From an uncultured Acidobacteriaceae bacterium (GTDB lineage Bacteria > Acidobacteriota > Terriglobia > Acidiferrales > UBA7541): a DNA stretch of 64,000 bases. This document shows positions 33,743 to 42,797 of this stretch, in pieces. A model generated the notes under the pieces. The model was given only the letters and a program-made list of their open reading frames with translations, ran no database searches and had not been told where the DNA came from. The first letter of the stretch is position 1, and each line of letters begins with the position of its first letter. Location: NCBI GenBank assembly GCA_964407845.1, contig CAYOXF010000104.1, positions 250-64,249 of the forward strand, given 5' to 3'. Both the position numbers and the translations under genes were made by a program.

Positions 33743-33873
33743 ATCTTCGTCTGGACCTCCTTGCCCAAACGCGGGTGGGGCTTGGAACGTAGTTTCGGTC
33801 CTGTTCTCGGCTGTCGTTTTGCTATAATTTGGCACATCTTGACAGAAATTCCGACTTAGCCAAAAGACAGCGC

Positions 33874-34803
33874 ATGGACTTCGATCACCTCGTTACTTTT
33901 GTCGAGATTGCCAAACAAGGGAGCTTTTCGCGCGCCGGGCAAAAGCTGTACCGCTCCCAGCCCGCGGTGAGCGCGCAAATCCGGCAGCTTGAGCAGGAGT
34001 ACGGTCAGAAGTTGTTCGACCGCGTCGGGAAATCTGTGCGCCTTACGGTGGCCGGGGAAACGCTGCTGGAATACGCCGGCAAGCTCCTGACGCTCCGCAA
34101 CGAATCGTTGCGGGCGGTAGCAGATCAATCCACCACGCCGCACGGCACGCTGGCGATTGGCGCCAACGAAGCCACTTGCCTCTATGTGCTGCCGGATATC
34201 TTTGCAGAATATAGCCGTCGCTTTCCTGGCGTCCAGATCAGTGTCTACCGGAACTTCAGCCACAAGGTTCTTGAGAAGGTCGAGGACGGCACCGTGGATG
34301 TGGGGATTGTCACGTTGCCGGTGAAGTCTCCGAGCTTGAAAGTCCACTCGATTTTCCGCGACCGTTTGGTTCTAATGGTCAGTCCTTCGAACCCGCTGGC
34401 GTCGTATAAGACCGTGCGCACCAGCGACGTGGCCGAACAGCCTTTGATCTTCCCGAAGATGGGATTCACGCGTCAGGTGCTCGACAAACAGTTCCGTCCG
34501 TTCCGCTCGCGCCTGCGGGTCACGATGGAGTTGGCGAGCGTCGGCATGATCAAGCGCTTTGTCGCCGCCGGTCTGGGCGTTTCCGTAATCAGCGAGAGTT
34601 TCGCGCAAGACGAGGTTCGCGCGGGTCAGGCCAAACTGATCCCGATCTCTGACATGGAAGTGTGGCGGGAGCTGGGCATTGTCTACCGGCGCGACCGCAC
34701 CCTTCCGCGCTCCGCTTCCGCGTTTGTGGCGCTGGCTCGCCATGGCGTGGGCTCCGCCGCGGGCGAGCATCCCGATGGCTCCCGCGCCGCCGTTCACCGC
34801 TAG
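33874..34803 (+). CDS. LysR-family transcriptional regulator
   Basis: N-terminal HTH (FSRAGQKLYRSQPAVSAQIRQLE) plus a LysR substrate-binding domain. The start is ATG 33874. Confidence 0.9.
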   Translation: MDFDHLVTFVEIAKQGSFSRAGQKLYRSQPAVSAQIRQLEQEYGQKLFDRVGKSVRLTVAGETLLEYAGKLLTLRNESLRAVADQSTTPHGTLAIGANEATCLYVLPDIFAEYSRRFPGVQISVYRNFSHKVLEKVEDGTVDVGIVTLPVKSPSLKVHSIFRDRLVLMVSPSNPLASYKTVRTSDVAEQPLIFPKMGFTRQVLDKQFRPFRSRLRVTMELASVGMIKRFVAAGLGVSVISESFAQDEVRAGQAKLIPISDMEVWRELGIVYRRDRTLPRSASAFVALARHGVGSAAGEHPDGSRAAVHR

Positions 34804-34883
34804 CGCTTGGGTGTATTATCAGCTTACATTTTCAAGGCGAGTCGCTCGCCCAGTCGAGTTTGTCCTGTTTTGGGAGGACTACG

Positions 34884-36650
34884 ATGGCATCCACTTCCTT
34901 AGAGAGCACCTCGCGGATTCCGCTACGTTCGGTCTTGAATCCGCAAGGGCAGCCCACGGGGGTTTTTGAGCAGTTGTCCATGGCGCCCCGCCTAGACACT
35001 TTGAGCGGCAAGACAGTCTATTTAATCGATGTGGGATTTGCGGGTGGTTACGAGTTTTTGCAGGAGCTCGCGGCCTGGTTCTCCGACAACATGCCCAACA
35101 CGAAGACAGTGCTCCGCCGCAAGCGCGGCAATATGTTTCTAGACGATCCGGAGCTCTGGGCCGAAGTAAAGCAGAAAGGCCACGCCGTGATTTTCGGAGT
35201 CGGTGGTTGAGACGGATGTTCGGCGAGTGTCGCCGAGCACTCCAGGACGCTCGAGCATTCCTTCGGAATCCCCACCGTTCCGATCACGACCGCGCGGTTT
35301 GCCGACTTCATTGAGCGCGACTCTCTGAATCACGGAATGAACTTGCGTTTCAGCTTTACTCCCTTCCCGGTCGTCGGGATGGGCCGTTCGGCGCTGCGCC
35401 GCTATATTGAGGGCGATGATCCCATATCTGGGAAGTCTTTCATGCGAGAGATCATAAGCGGGCTGACCGAGCCATTGACGAGCCGTGAAACAGCGCCCCT
35501 GAGACCAAAGCGCACCGCTCGTCCCAGGCTCGTGGAAGCGGCCGCACAGGAAGATCTCGAGCGCCTGTTTCTGGAAAACGGTTGGACCGATGGCTTGCCG
35601 ATCGTGCTTCCCACCGAAGAGCGCGTGGCCGAAATGCTTACGGGCACGCGTCATGCGGCGGACGAAGTGGTCGGACGGATGACGGTGACGACGACACAGG
35701 AACGCATCGAGTACACGGTCGAAAAAGTCGCGGTAAACGCCGTCATGGCCGGGGCTCGCTCGGAGCACCTCCCCGTGATTCTGGCCATAGCCGCGATGCA
35801 GGAGCCTGCTTTTCCAAGTTCGACCACCTCGTTCGCGCGCATGGCCGTGGTCAACGGGCCGATCCGGAATGAGATCGGCATGAACGCAGGAGTGGGAGCT
35901 CTGAGCCCGTTCAACTATGCGAATTCCGTTATCGGGAGGGCTTGGACACTGATGACTATCAACCTCGCCGATGCGCGGCTGGGCGAGACGTTTATGGCAT
36001 CGCAAGGCCACAACCTGAACTACAACAATATGTGCTGCGCGGAGAACGAGGAGAAAAGCGTCTGGGAGCCTTTTCACGTCGAGAAGGGCTTTCGCGCTGA
36101 CCAGAGCGTCGTCAGCCTGTTTCGAGGTTGGAGCGTCATCAACAGCATGGGCGCGGCCAACTCGATTCGACCCGCGAGTGAAGAGACGGCTATCATGCTC
36201 AAGGCGTTCTCGGCGCTGCGTTCGGCTGCGACGTTGGTGATGGATCCGTTGGTCGCGAAGGGCTTGAAGGAGCAGGGCTTTCAAAGCAAGCGGGACTTCA
36301 GCCAGTGGCTGTCAGACCACGTGGAGGTTCCCGCGGGCCAGTACTGGGGCGCCGACATCATTTACGCGTTTGTGGCGCCACTGGCCCGCGAGGGAGTGGA
36401 GCCTTTCGCATCGTGGGCCAAGCTGCCCAACGACGCCTTGATCAGGCCGTATCATGATCCGGGTCAGATCAACGTCGTGATCGTGGGCGGCGAGACAAAT
36501 CCGCTGTGGCAGACGACGGATTTCTACTACACGCAGAGTGCCTTGGTCGATCCCTGGCGGCCCGAGGGAAATCTGCATCGCGACGCCCGGCCGGTGAGAA
36601 TGCCCGTCGCAATCACTTGCAGCGACGGAACCTGCGGTTTGCCGTCCTAG
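34884..36650 (+). CDS. Candidate selenoprotein: N-terminal UxxC (UGSC-like) domain fused to an uncharacterised ~440-aa domain; in-frame TGA at 35208-35210
   Basis: ORFs 34884-35210 and 35337-36650 are in the same frame. There is no other stop and no ATG/GTG/TTG in the 126-nt gap, which has about 74% GC3. A strong SD (GGGAGGA) precedes only 34884. The context is GVGG-TGA-DGC, and a hairpin follows at 35217-35239. Confidence 0.55.
35217..35239 (+). promoter_or_regulatory. SECIS-like stem-loop downstream of the in-frame UGA
   Basis: TGTTCGGCGA-GTG-TCGCCGAGCA forms a 10-bp stem (one G-U pair) with a GUG apical loop. The loop starts 17 nt after the A of the UGA. Confidence 0.45.
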
Positions 36651-36687
36651 CGCCGTCTGGCTCGGATGACCAGACGAAGAGGCCTTG

Positions 36688-37065
36688 CTACTTCACGCGC
36701 TTGGCGACAAGCTCCTCCTTGCCAAAGCCGCCCACGTCGCGCGTGAAGTGGATTTCGTCTCCTGAAACCTTGCCGGTATAGGTAATCGTGAGCTGCTGGC
36801 CCTGGTAGTTCAGGTTTTCGACAAACGAGACTTCGTCGCCCTTCACTGTCCCGTTTTGGATCTCGGAGGTTCCATTGTCGGATTTGGCGGTCCCGGTGAG
36901 CTTTTCACCGTCCACCTTGAACGTGTAGACGTAATGCTGTACGCCCACCTGAGTGTCAAACGTCGCCGTCCACTGACCGCTGATATCCGCAGCCAGAGCA
37001 AAGACCGCAGCGGAAAAGAATAGCAATGCGAGGACCACCACCGATCGAAGTGTCACGCCCCTCAT
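36688..37065 (-). CDS. Small secreted beta-rich hypothetical protein
   Basis: ATG 37065 is preceded by GGAGG. It has a signal peptide (VVVLALLFFSAAVFALA) and a repeated G-x-V-x-GD-E-(V/I)-x-F pattern. It sits 46 nt downstream of the radical SAM gene. Confidence 0.55.
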   Translation of the reverse strand: MRGVTLRSVVVLALLFFSAAVFALAADISGQWTATFDTQVGVQHYVYTFKVDGEKLTGTAKSDNGTSEIQNGTVKGDEVSFVENLNYQGQQLTITYTGKVSGDEIHFTRDVGGFGKEELVAKRVK

Positions 37066-37111
37066 CGTAGGGACCTCCTGAAAGCTAAACCGCCACCCAC
37101 TCCCGCCCGAG

Positions 37112-38446
37112 CTAGTCGTCGAAACTTCCGGTGACCCCTTGGAATCCACGCCGCGCCTGTTTGAACAACCATTTCATCACCCGCGTTGTGCTGTAGCAGT
37201 AGGCAATGTTGTATCCAAGAGTTGAGAAACAGTGCGGTTCGCACCCCTGTTTCATTTCGTTGAGCTGCTTGGTATCAAACTGATGGTTGGCGACCGTGCC
37301 CCAGTCGTATTTTGCGTTGTACATAGGGAAGCACGGTGCCAGAGTTCCATTGGTGCGGACGATCAGCCAATTCTGCCCTGCACGGCAGCCCCAGTGTTCG
37401 CCGACCCCGCGCATAAAACCCTTCATGTTCTCCAGTCGCGCGATGGAATCGACCATTTTGTAGCCTCGACGCTGTTTTTCGATCAGCCAGTCGAGCAGGT
37501 CGTCTACCTCTGGAAAGTTCTCGGGGTAGATGTAGGTGCCATTTTGCTGGAAATGCTTAAAGTCCTTTTGCTCCATCATGGGCGCTTCGTTGATGTGGAA
37601 AGTGATGGCGATGCCGTTGTCGTGCGCGATTTCGGCGAGTTGCTTTACATCCTCGATGTTGTTCCGACAAATGTTCGTGTTGAAAAACATCGTGTATCCG
37701 TAGCGATACTGCCGCTTCACGAGATACTCAAAATAAGATTTGACGTGTTCAAACGCCTTCGGCAGCCCCGGCTTTTCATTGATGCAGTCCACGGCAAAGT
37801 TGATCGTCGCGATGCCCGCGTCAGCCAGCCGATCGGTCACTTCCGGGCGGAGGAGACGACCATTGGTGGCCAGGTATACCCAGAATCCCTTTTTGGCCGC
37901 ATAGGAAACAATCTTGTGCACGAAGTCGGGCCTCAGCAAAGGCTCGCCTCCGGTGGGTGCGAGCACGCGGCAGGGCGTCTCGTGCAGCCAATCAATTGCG
38001 CGGCGGGCGGTATCCTCGCTCATGCCCTTTACCCGGTTGTCATACGACCAGCAGTAGTGGCAATCGAGGTTGCACTTCCAGTCCGTAAAGAGATAGGCGA
38101 TGATGGGCTGAAAATCACCCGGCAGCAGACGCGACTTGAAATACGGGAACATCCAGCCCGTCATGTTGTCCCATATGCGCGACGGCGGCCATTTCCGCGT
38201 CCCAGTACGAAGGACAGTTTCGTGAGCCTCAATATCGGCGGCGTCCAATTCGTGCAGCAGTTCAGGTTGCTCAGGGAAAACCGGGGTCGGCAGCGAAAGC
38301 TCTTCGGCAGACGGCTTTGCGGGGCGCAGATGCACGGGTTCTTCCGGTGCCTTCTGCAAGAGTTGGTGCAGCGGAACATCGACCCGGAACGGCTGCAAAG
38401 GAATCGTCGGGAGATTTTGCTGGGGAGTTTGGGGACTCTGCGACAT
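37112..38446 (-). CDS. Radical SAM enzyme with a Cys-rich (SPASM/twitch-like) C-terminus and a Pro/Gln-rich N-terminal extension
   Basis: CNLDCHYC (CxxxCxxC) and GGEPLL are present, with C-terminal cysteines in WGCRAG...LAPC...QGCEPHC. ATG 38446 is preceded by GGAGG. Confidence 0.85.
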   Translation of the reverse strand: MSQSPQTPQQNLPTIPLQPFRVDVPLHQLLQKAPEEPVHLRPAKPSAEELSLPTPVFPEQPELLHELDAADIEAHETVLRTGTRKWPPSRIWDNMTGWMFPYFKSRLLPGDFQPIIAYLFTDWKCNLDCHYCWSYDNRVKGMSEDTARRAIDWLHETPCRVLAPTGGEPLLRPDFVHKIVSYAAKKGFWVYLATNGRLLRPEVTDRLADAGIATINFAVDCINEKPGLPKAFEHVKSYFEYLVKRQYRYGYTMFFNTNICRNNIEDVKQLAEIAHDNGIAITFHINEAPMMEQKDFKHFQQNGTYIYPENFPEVDDLLDWLIEKQRRGYKMVDSIARLENMKGFMRGVGEHWGCRAGQNWLIVRTNGTLAPCFPMYNAKYDWGTVANHQFDTKQLNEMKQGCEPHCFSTLGYNIAYCYSTTRVMKWLFKQARRGFQGVTGSFDD

Positions 38447-38580
38447 GGAACCTCCGCGTTGAATGTCCGAGCCAACGGCCCGGGCTGGGTTCGCGCGCCC
38501 CTGCCCGCACAAGGCTAGCAAACCTGACGGCCGAATTACTAGAGCGTCGTCAGCAAAGCGCTTGCGCGCTGGTACTGGAA

Positions 38581-39438
38581 CTAGGGCGGTCTACGCAGCT
38601 GCTGGTACAGCTGGTTTGCGCCCGCGAATTCCTGCTCTAGATCCTTGCTCGTCAGATTCATGCGAAGGTATTCGATGGCCTGGCTCAGCCGATCAAGCGC
38701 CCGGGATACATTGTCTGTGTTCGTCAGCAGGATGTCTCGCCAGACACTGTACGGACTGCCGGCCAAACGCAGCGTGTCCTGTAACCCTTGGCCCGCCAGT
38801 GAAAGTGGCAATCCGGTTTCGTCGGTCTCATTCTCGACGACGCGCGCGAGCGCTATGGCGACAAGCTGTGGGAGATGCGAGACGATGCCCACGGCCCAAT
38901 CATGCGTGTCCGGATCGCACCAAACGGGTCGCGCGCCGATGGCCCGAACAATTTCTTGGAATTGTGTCGCGCGTCGATCGGCCGTCTCTTCCATTCCCAT
39001 CAACACGTACGGTGCGCCGCGAAAAAGCTCTGCCTCGGCTTGATCGATGCCGGACCGCTCCTTTCCGGCCATCGGATGACCACCCAAAAACAGCGCGCCG
39101 GCGTGAAAACGTTCCCGGGCCGTCTGGCAGATCGCAGATTTCGTGCTCCCGGCGTCGGTGACGAGTGCGTGCGGCTCGGCGGTTTTCGCAACCGTGCTGA
39201 GCGCTTCGATGGTTGCGCCAATCGGCAATGCTATGTAGACGAGATCCGCGCCCTGAACGGCCGAGGCGAGATCGTTTGCCGCCTCGTGGATGGCTCCGCG
39301 CGCAAGGGCACGAGCCGCCGAGCCGGACCGGCTGAAACCGACCAGTGAGATGTGCGGAAATTGCTGACGGAGCGCCAGCGCAAACGATCCGCCGATCAGT
39401 CCAGTCCCGATGATGGCGACGCGGCGAAAGGGAACCAT
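38581..39438 (-). CDS. tyrA: Prephenate/arogenate dehydrogenase
   Basis: Rossmann motif VAIIGTGLIGGSFALAL and a HPMAGKE active-site block. Confidence 0.85.
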   Translation of the reverse strand: MVPFRRVAIIGTGLIGGSFALALRQQFPHISLVGFSRSGSAARALARGAIHEAANDLASAVQGADLVYIALPIGATIEALSTVAKTAEPHALVTDAGSTKSAICQTARERFHAGALFLGGHPMAGKERSGIDQAEAELFRGAPYVLMGMEETADRRATQFQEIVRAIGARPVWCDPDTHDWAVGIVSHLPQLVAIALARVVENETDETGLPLSLAGQGLQDTLRLAGSPYSVWRDILLTNTDNVSRALDRLSQAIEYLRMNLTSKDLEQEFAGANQLYQQLRRPP

Positions 39439-39498
39439 CTTCAGCTGAGGCTCGTCATCGCGAGCCAGGTTGGCTTAAAGGCGTGAACGCGCAGGCTA

Positions 39499-40521
39499 TC
39501 ACTTTCGACCTCGGCCTGCCGCTGTTGACTCCGGCTTGATCCAGGACATCTGCGCGCGCAGTTCCTTGCCGACGCTTTCAATCGGGTGGTTCTTGTCACG
39601 CTCCAAAAGCTTCGCGTATTGAGGACGGCCCGCCTGATTTTCGAGCACCCATTCCTTTGCAAAAGCGCCGGTTTGAATTTCTTCGAGAATCTTTTTCATC
39701 GTTTGTCGGACATGATCATCGATGACGCGATTTCCACGAGTGAGATCACCATACTTCGCCGTTTCGCTCACGAACTTATGCATTTCCGCGATGCCGCCTT
39801 CGTAGATGAGATCGACGATCAGCTTTAGCTCGTGCAAACATTCGAAATAGGCCGACTCGGGCTGGTAGCCGGCGGCCACAAGGGTTTCCCAGCCCGCCTG
39901 AATTAGCGCGCGTGCGCCTCCACACAGCACGGCCTGCTCACCAAAGAGATCCGTCTCCGTTTCTTCCGCGAAAGTGGTCTGAATCACGCCTGGCCGCGTC
40001 CCGCCGATTGCGTGCGCATACGCGAGCGTACGATCAAAGGCGTGGCCCGATGCATCCTGGTGGACGGCGAGCAGACAGGGCACTCCCCGGCCCGCTTCAT
40101 ATTGTCGGCGAACCAGATTCCCCGGCCCTTTCGGCGCGACCATCGTCACGTCAACTTCTTTGGGCGGGGTGATCTGGCCATAGTGGATGTTGAACCCATG
40201 CGAGAACAGCAGCATCGCGCCAGACTTCAGATTCGGCGCGACCTCATTCCCATAAATCGCGGGCTGGGCCATATCGGGTGCGAGCATCACGATCACGTCC
40301 GCCCCTTCAGAGGCCTCCGACGGACTGACCAGCTTCCAGCCGTCCTGCTCAGCCTGTGCCCACGAAGCGCCGCCGCGACGCAGCCCGACCACGACGTCGA
40401 GACTGCCGTCGCGTAGATTCAGAGCATGTGCGCGTCCCTGGCTGCCGTAGCCGATGACAGCAATGCGCTTGCCCTGGAGCGCGCGCGGATTTGCATCCTT
40501 TTCCCAGAACATCTTGGCCAT
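39499..40521 (-). CDS. ilvC: Ketol-acid reductoisomerase
   Basis: [20 protein letters not shown] 40521 is preceded by AAGGAG. The ORF track extends to 40545. Confidence 0.95.
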   Translation of the reverse strand: MAKMFWEKDANPRALQGKRIAVIGYGSQGRAHALNLRDGSLDVVVGLRRGGASWAQAEQDGWKLVSPSEASEGADVIVMLAPDMAQPAIYGNEVAPNLKSGAMLLFSHGFNIHYGQITPPKEVDVTMVAPKGPGNLVRRQYEAGRGVPCLLAVHQDASGHAFDRTLAYAHAIGGTRPGVIQTTFAEETETDLFGEQAVLCGGARALIQAGWETLVAAGYQPESAYFECLHELKLIVDLIYEGGIAEMHKFVSETAKYGDLTRGNRVIDDHVRQTMKKILEEIQTGAFAKEWVLENQAGRPQYAKLLERDKNHPIESVGKELRAQMSWIKPESTAAGRGRK

Positions 40522-40548
40522 GGTTGTCTCCTTAGATTCGATCAAGCT

Positions 40549-42198
40549 CTATGCAGCGCTGGTCACGGCTCCTTCCGACGCCGACGACACCAGCTTCGCG
40601 TACTTGGCCATAACCCCGGTCGTGTAGCGCGAGACCGGTGGCCTCCACTGCGCGCGGCGCTCATCGAGATTCGCATCGACGTCAAGTCGCCGAGCACGGA
40701 CATCGAGTGTGATCGTGTCGCCGTCACGAATGAACGCAATGGGCCCGCCGATGGCTGCCTCCGGCGCGACGTGGCCGACCATCAAGCCGTGCGTGGCGCC
40801 GCTGAAGCGGCCGTCCGTAACGAGCGCAATCGATTCGCCCAGGCCCTGCCCGACAAGCGCGCCGGTCACCGAAAGCATCTCTCGCATTCCCGGCCCGCCC
40901 TTCGGTCCCTCATAACGGATGACCACCACGTCGCCCGGCCGGATCTCACGCCGTTGCACGGCTTCAAAGCAGGATTCTTCTGAATCGAAGGCACGTGCCG
41001 GCCCGCTGTGAAATACGCGTTCATGACCGGAAAGCTTCACAACGCAGCCCTCCGGTGCGAGCGAGCCGCGCAAAATTGCCAAGCCGCCGTCTTTTTTGAT
41101 CGGGTTCGAAAGCGGGCGGATCACCTCCTGCTTGAGGGTCTCGCGGGCCTCGCGAATCTCCTCAAAGAGGTTTCGACCCGACGACGTGATGCTGTCCTCG
41201 AGTAGGCCGGCCTCCTCAAGACGCCTCCCGAGCAGGCGCATTCCGCCCGCCGCGAACATGTCCGGTGCCGCAAAGCGACCTCCCGGCTTCAGATCGGCAA
41301 GGATGGGCGCTTTGGCCGCGATTCTGTCGAACTCATCAATGGTTAGCGGGACGCCCGCGTCGCGCGCAATCGCGAGCAGATGCAGGACGGCGTTTGTGGA
41401 GCCACCGGTTGCGGCGACCGATGCAATCGCATTTCGAAGCGACGCCAGAGTAATAATTTGTTTCGGACGAATATCTTTGGCGAGCAGATGCATTACGCTC
41501 TTGCCGCAATCGATTGCGGCCTGCGCCTTCCTGCGATCGAGAGCTGGGATTTCGTTTGCGCCCATTGGGGAGATGCCGAGAAATGTGATCGCCGTAGCCA
41601 TGGTGTTGGCGGTGAACTGGCCACCGCAAGCGCCCGCTCCGGGGCAGGCTACATTCTCAAGTTCCCTGACGTCCTGTTCGCTCATCTTGCCTGTGGCATA
41701 CGCGCCGGGCGCCTCGAAGACGTCTTGAATCGTCACATCGTGCCCGCGGTAGCGGCCGGGAAGGATGGAACCGCCGTAGAGCGAGAGCCCGGGAAGATTC
41801 AGTCGCGCCAGAGCCATCACCGTGGCAGGAATGGTCTTGTCGCACCCGCAGATCGCCACCACGGCATCGAACGCGTGAGAGCGAACGAACAGTTCGATCG
41901 AATCCGCAATCACTTCGCGTGAAACGAGCGAGCCCTTCATTCCCTCGGTGCCCATCGTGATGCCGTCGGAAATCACGATCGTGTTGCACTCGATCGGAGT
42001 GCCACCCGCCGCGCGCACGCCTTCCTTCACTTCCTCGGCGATGTAGCGGAGGTGCATATTGCAGGGTGTGACATCGGACCAGGTGTTGGCGATGGCAACG
42101 AGAGGTTTCGCCAGATCGGCGTCGGTGAGTCCGGTGGCCTTTAGCATAGCGCGCGCCGGCGCTCGTGCAACTCCCTTTTTGATCACGTCGCTGTGCAT
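40549..42198 (-). CDS. ilvD: Dihydroxy-acid dehydratase
   Basis: 549 aa with IlvD/Edd blocks ([31 protein letters not shown]). Confidence 0.95.
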   Translation of the reverse strand: MHSDVIKKGVARAPARAMLKATGLTDADLAKPLVAIANTWSDVTPCNMHLRYIAEEVKEGVRAAGGTPIECNTIVISDGITMGTEGMKGSLVSREVIADSIELFVRSHAFDAVVAICGCDKTIPATVMALARLNLPGLSLYGGSILPGRYRGHDVTIQDVFEAPGAYATGKMSEQDVRELENVACPGAGACGGQFTANTMATAITFLGISPMGANEIPALDRRKAQAAIDCGKSVMHLLAKDIRPKQIITLASLRNAIASVAATGGSTNAVLHLLAIARDAGVPLTIDEFDRIAAKAPILADLKPGGRFAAPDMFAAGGMRLLGRRLEEAGLLEDSITSSGRNLFEEIREARETLKQEVIRPLSNPIKKDGGLAILRGSLAPEGCVVKLSGHERVFHSGPARAFDSEESCFEAVQRREIRPGDVVVIRYEGPKGGPGMREMLSVTGALVGQGLGESIALVTDGRFSGATHGLMVGHVAPEAAIGGPIAFIRDGDTITLDVRARRLDVDANLDERRAQWRPPVSRYTTGVMAKYAKLVSSASEGAVTSAA

Positions 42199-42218
42199 GG
42201 TTCCGTCGATCTCGATCT

Positions 42219-42256
42219 AAAAATAGAAAGCCCCGCGACCTGTTCCGGTGCGGGGC
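42219..42256 (-). terminator. Intrinsic terminator in the ilvD 5' leader (attenuator)
   Basis: On the minus strand, GCCCCGCACC-GGAACA-GGTcGCGGGGC is followed by TTTCTATTTTT. It ends 20 nt before the ilvD ATG. No gene converges on it. Confidence 0.6.
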
Positions 42257-42275
42257 GCGTATGGCTGACCTTAGC

Positions 42276-42335
42276 TTAGGAAGGTGGCCCCCACCCGATC
42301 GCTACGTATACGGCTACAGGAATCGATCGCGCCAT
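42276..42335 (-). CDS. Candidate Ile/Val-rich leader peptide (MARSIPVAVYVAIGWGPPS)
   Basis: 19-codon ORF upstream of the ilvD terminator, with 5 Ile/Val among codons 5-13. The segment GGTGGGGGC in its 3' end is complementary (one bulge) to the terminator 5' arm. Confidence 0.4.
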   Translation of the reverse strand: MARSIPVAVYVAIGWGPPS

Positions 42336-42506
42336 AGAGTAACGTCTCGCTTGCCAATCGACAATCGCTTTCCGCCGCGCTACGGCTCCCGGATAGATCG
42401 GAAGCAGCAGGCCGCGGTGAGCGCCCCTATTTCGCCCGAATTCGCGATATGAGTCAAATTTGTAATTCTTGCGGGCGGCATAACTTGCGTTTATGCGAAC
42501 GACCCC

Positions 42507-42535
42507 TTGACGCCTTCTGGTGCGTTCTGTATATT
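42507..42535 (+). promoter_or_regulatory. Sigma-70-like promoter for the phe leader (TTGACG-17 nt-TATATT)
   Basis: The hexamers match by eye and have 17-nt spacing. They lie about 50 nt upstream of the leader ORF. Confidence 0.5.
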
Positions 42536-42583
42536 GCGAGCTGGCACCAAGATTGGGACCGGAAGGATAGCCCAGAGCGCGCG

Positions 42584-42679
42584 ATGAAACGGTTCTCTCG
42601 CTACTTCGCCTTTACGTACCGCTTCTCCTTTACGGGGGAGCGGGCCGACGAAACGCGCGCGGACAAGACCAGTCGCTAA
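42584..42679 (+). CDS. Phe/Tyr-rich leader peptide (MKRFSRYFAFTYRFSFTGERADETRADKTSR)
   Basis: Seven aromatic codons (F4 Y7 F8 F10 Y12 F14 F16) fall within 13 codons. A terminator and then the chorismate mutase-pheA-DAHP synthase operon follow. Confidence 0.65.
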   Translation: MKRFSRYFAFTYRFSFTGERADETRADKTSR

Positions 42680-42704
42680 AAAGCCGCACTAAGTTTCGAC
42701 CACG

Positions 42705-42745
42705 GCCGCGATCCTCCCAGCGAGGGCGCGGCTTTTTTGTTGTTT
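42705..42745 (+). terminator. Intrinsic terminator of the phe attenuator
   Basis: GCCGCGatCCTC-CCAGC-GAGGgCGCGGC is followed by TTTTTTGTTGTTT. It lies 52 nt upstream of the chorismate mutase ATG. Confidence 0.7.
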
Positions 42746-42797
42746 GCAGCCCACATCGTCGCGTTGGCGGGCGGCCGCGTATTTTTGAAGGGGGCTT

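Noticed and set aside
32453-33835. 460-aa minus-strand ORF opposite zwf. Similar long antisense ORFs occur at 4652-5626 (opposite ftsZ), 10553-11563 (opposite the PBP), 23424-24353 (opposite ahcY), 25238-26074 (opposite metK), 35139-36284 (opposite the selenoprotein candidate), 37232-38518 (opposite the radical SAM gene) and 20080-20940 (permease region, same strand but another frame)
   Set aside because: All overlap genes with clear family signatures, either on the other strand or in another frame. They have no motifs of their own and have Arg-rich, shadow-frame composition.
42261-42679. ORF-track entries 42261-42452 (+, 63 aa) and 42449-42679 (+, 76 aa) in the ilvD/pheA intergenic region
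   Set aside because: The 63-aa ORF runs across the ilvD leader terminator, which lies on the other strand. The 76-aa ORF starts upstream of the predicted promoter. Only its last 31 codons (from ATG 42584) make sense, as the Phe/Tyr leader peptide.
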